From a virus, in the IMG/VR virus record IMGVR_UViG_3300029268_000010, positions 1 to 64,000 of that record: DNA of 64,000 nucleotides, one strand, 5' to 3'. Positions 62,980 to 64,000 of the stretch are shown here, piece by piece. The notes under the pieces were generated by a model. It was not told the DNA's origin and ran no database searches. It saw only the letters and a list, made by a program, of their open reading frames with translations. A program made the position numbers and the translations under genes. How positions within the stretch are numbered: the first letter of the stretch is position 1; each line of letters starts with the position of its first letter.

Positions 62980-64000
62980 ATGGCAGTAAGTTTTTTAATG
63001 ACAACGGATAAGGACCTCAATTGTGGTTATATCCATATTGCAGATGCTACCGTTTACAGTTCTGCATTTCCTGACCGCGAAGAAGATTATGCCCGGGCGT
63101 GGTGGGTCTTTGAAGATGGTGCTTTCTATGATGCCAACCTTTCCAATGAAAACGATTGGGATGTTTCAGTGTCAAATAATCACACTTATACTATCTATGG
63201 GTTTCTTGTCGCTGTATGGATTGCAGGAACATATGCCGACGGATGCATAGTATATTATGGTGGTTCTTTCTATGTTAATGATACCGGAGCTCCGATAGGA
63301 CCAGGAGAGATACCCGGAGTATCAGGTAATGGATGGACTGTTTTAACCGATACGTCAGGGGATTTTAATGACTTCTATAATAGCGGATGTGTCCAGATGG
63401 AAGATGCAACTGAAATTATAGATTGTCCTGACTATACCCTTCAGAAACAGTCTTGTTATGTTCACAGGCTTTGTGACAATTCCGGATCGGCATTGATAAA
63501 GCAAGTTACCATCATGGACTATGAAGGAACGGTTATAGATACAGTATATATTGATCCTGCGACAGCTACCTGTTATGATATTGACATTACGGCAAGCGGT
63601 GATGGTGTATATCCTATACAGATTCAGACAGGAAATATGATCTCCGGGGAGTTTGTCTCCGATGGAACCGATTCTTCATGGATGGTGATTTATGAATATT
63701 GTGCCTATGAAAACTGTACGTGGTTTACTATTGACAAGATTCTTTGCTCCAGTGACCCCTGCGCTGAGATCTGCGACCCTTGTAATCCTAATACGGTAAA
63801 TCAGCAGACCAAAGACAGACAGACCTTAAATCAGCTTATAGCCACTTTTGGAAGTGTCATGGCAATGATCCACGTAGAACGTATAAGATATCTTGGTATC
63901 TTTGACTGGAATACAAGCAGATCGACTTATGTTACCAAAATAGGTATGATGCTCAGAAAAGTAAAAGAACTTGCTGTAAGATGCGGTTTATGTTATGGAC
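62980..64000 (+). CDS. Cys-rich structural (tail hub/fibre-attachment-like) protein, runs off the window; not in ORF track
   Basis: Hand translation MAVSFLMTTDKDLNCGYIHIADAT...AVRCGLCYG open to 64000; W..GTY..G.IVYYGGSFY resembles a small carbohydrate-binding module. Confidence 0.75.
   Translation, partial: MAVSFLMTTDKDLNCGYIHIADATVYSSAFPDREEDYARAWWVFEDGAFYDANLSNENDWDVSVSNNHTYTIYGFLVAVWIAGTYADGCIVYYGGSFYVNDTGAPIGPGEIPGVSGNGWTVLTDTSGDFNDFYNSGCVQMEDATEIIDCPDYTLQKQSCYVHRLCDNSGSALIKQVTIMDYEGTVIDTVYIDPATATCYDIDITASGDGVYPIQIQTGNMISGEFVSDGTDSSWMVIYEYCAYENCTWFTIDKILCSSDPCAEICDPCNPNTVNQQTKDRQTLNQLIATFGSVMAMIHVERIRYLGIFDWNTSRSTYVTKIGMMLRKVKELAVRCGLCYG

Noticed and set aside
63023-63250. Track ORF of 75 aa
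   Set aside because: Out-of-frame overlap with the longer ORF starting at 62980

Overview
This window is the virion-morphogenesis half of a large crAss-like phage (order Crassvirales, probable Bacteroidota host), read in the standard genetic code and almost entirely on the + strand. The left end has a divergent, G-tract-rich intergenic region, small early-type ORFs, a tRNA-Asn(GUU) and a GroES-like co-chaperonin. Next come a free-standing GIY-YIG homing endonuclease, a signal-peptide-bearing collagen (Gly-X-Thr) fibre and a lysis cassette. The packaging and head genes follow: a terminase large subunit with a class 3 intein starting with Glu, the portal, the scaffold and the major capsid protein, then ring/auxiliary proteins. 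A 7-gene sugar epimerase/glycosyltransferase/methyltransferase island sits inside the tail module, followed by tail tubular and muzzle proteins and cargo proteins. A 6685-aa virion polyprotein combines an SF1 helicase, a degenerate PD-(D/E)XK domain, two zincin motifs and the crAss-type RNA polymerase (DYDID). The most notable candidates are (i) a phage-encoded methylated-glycan pathway that may target the BclA-like Thr-rich collagen fibre and (ii) the helicase-bearing RNAP polyprotein. All family assignments come from motifs read by eye and from synteny; no database search was run.
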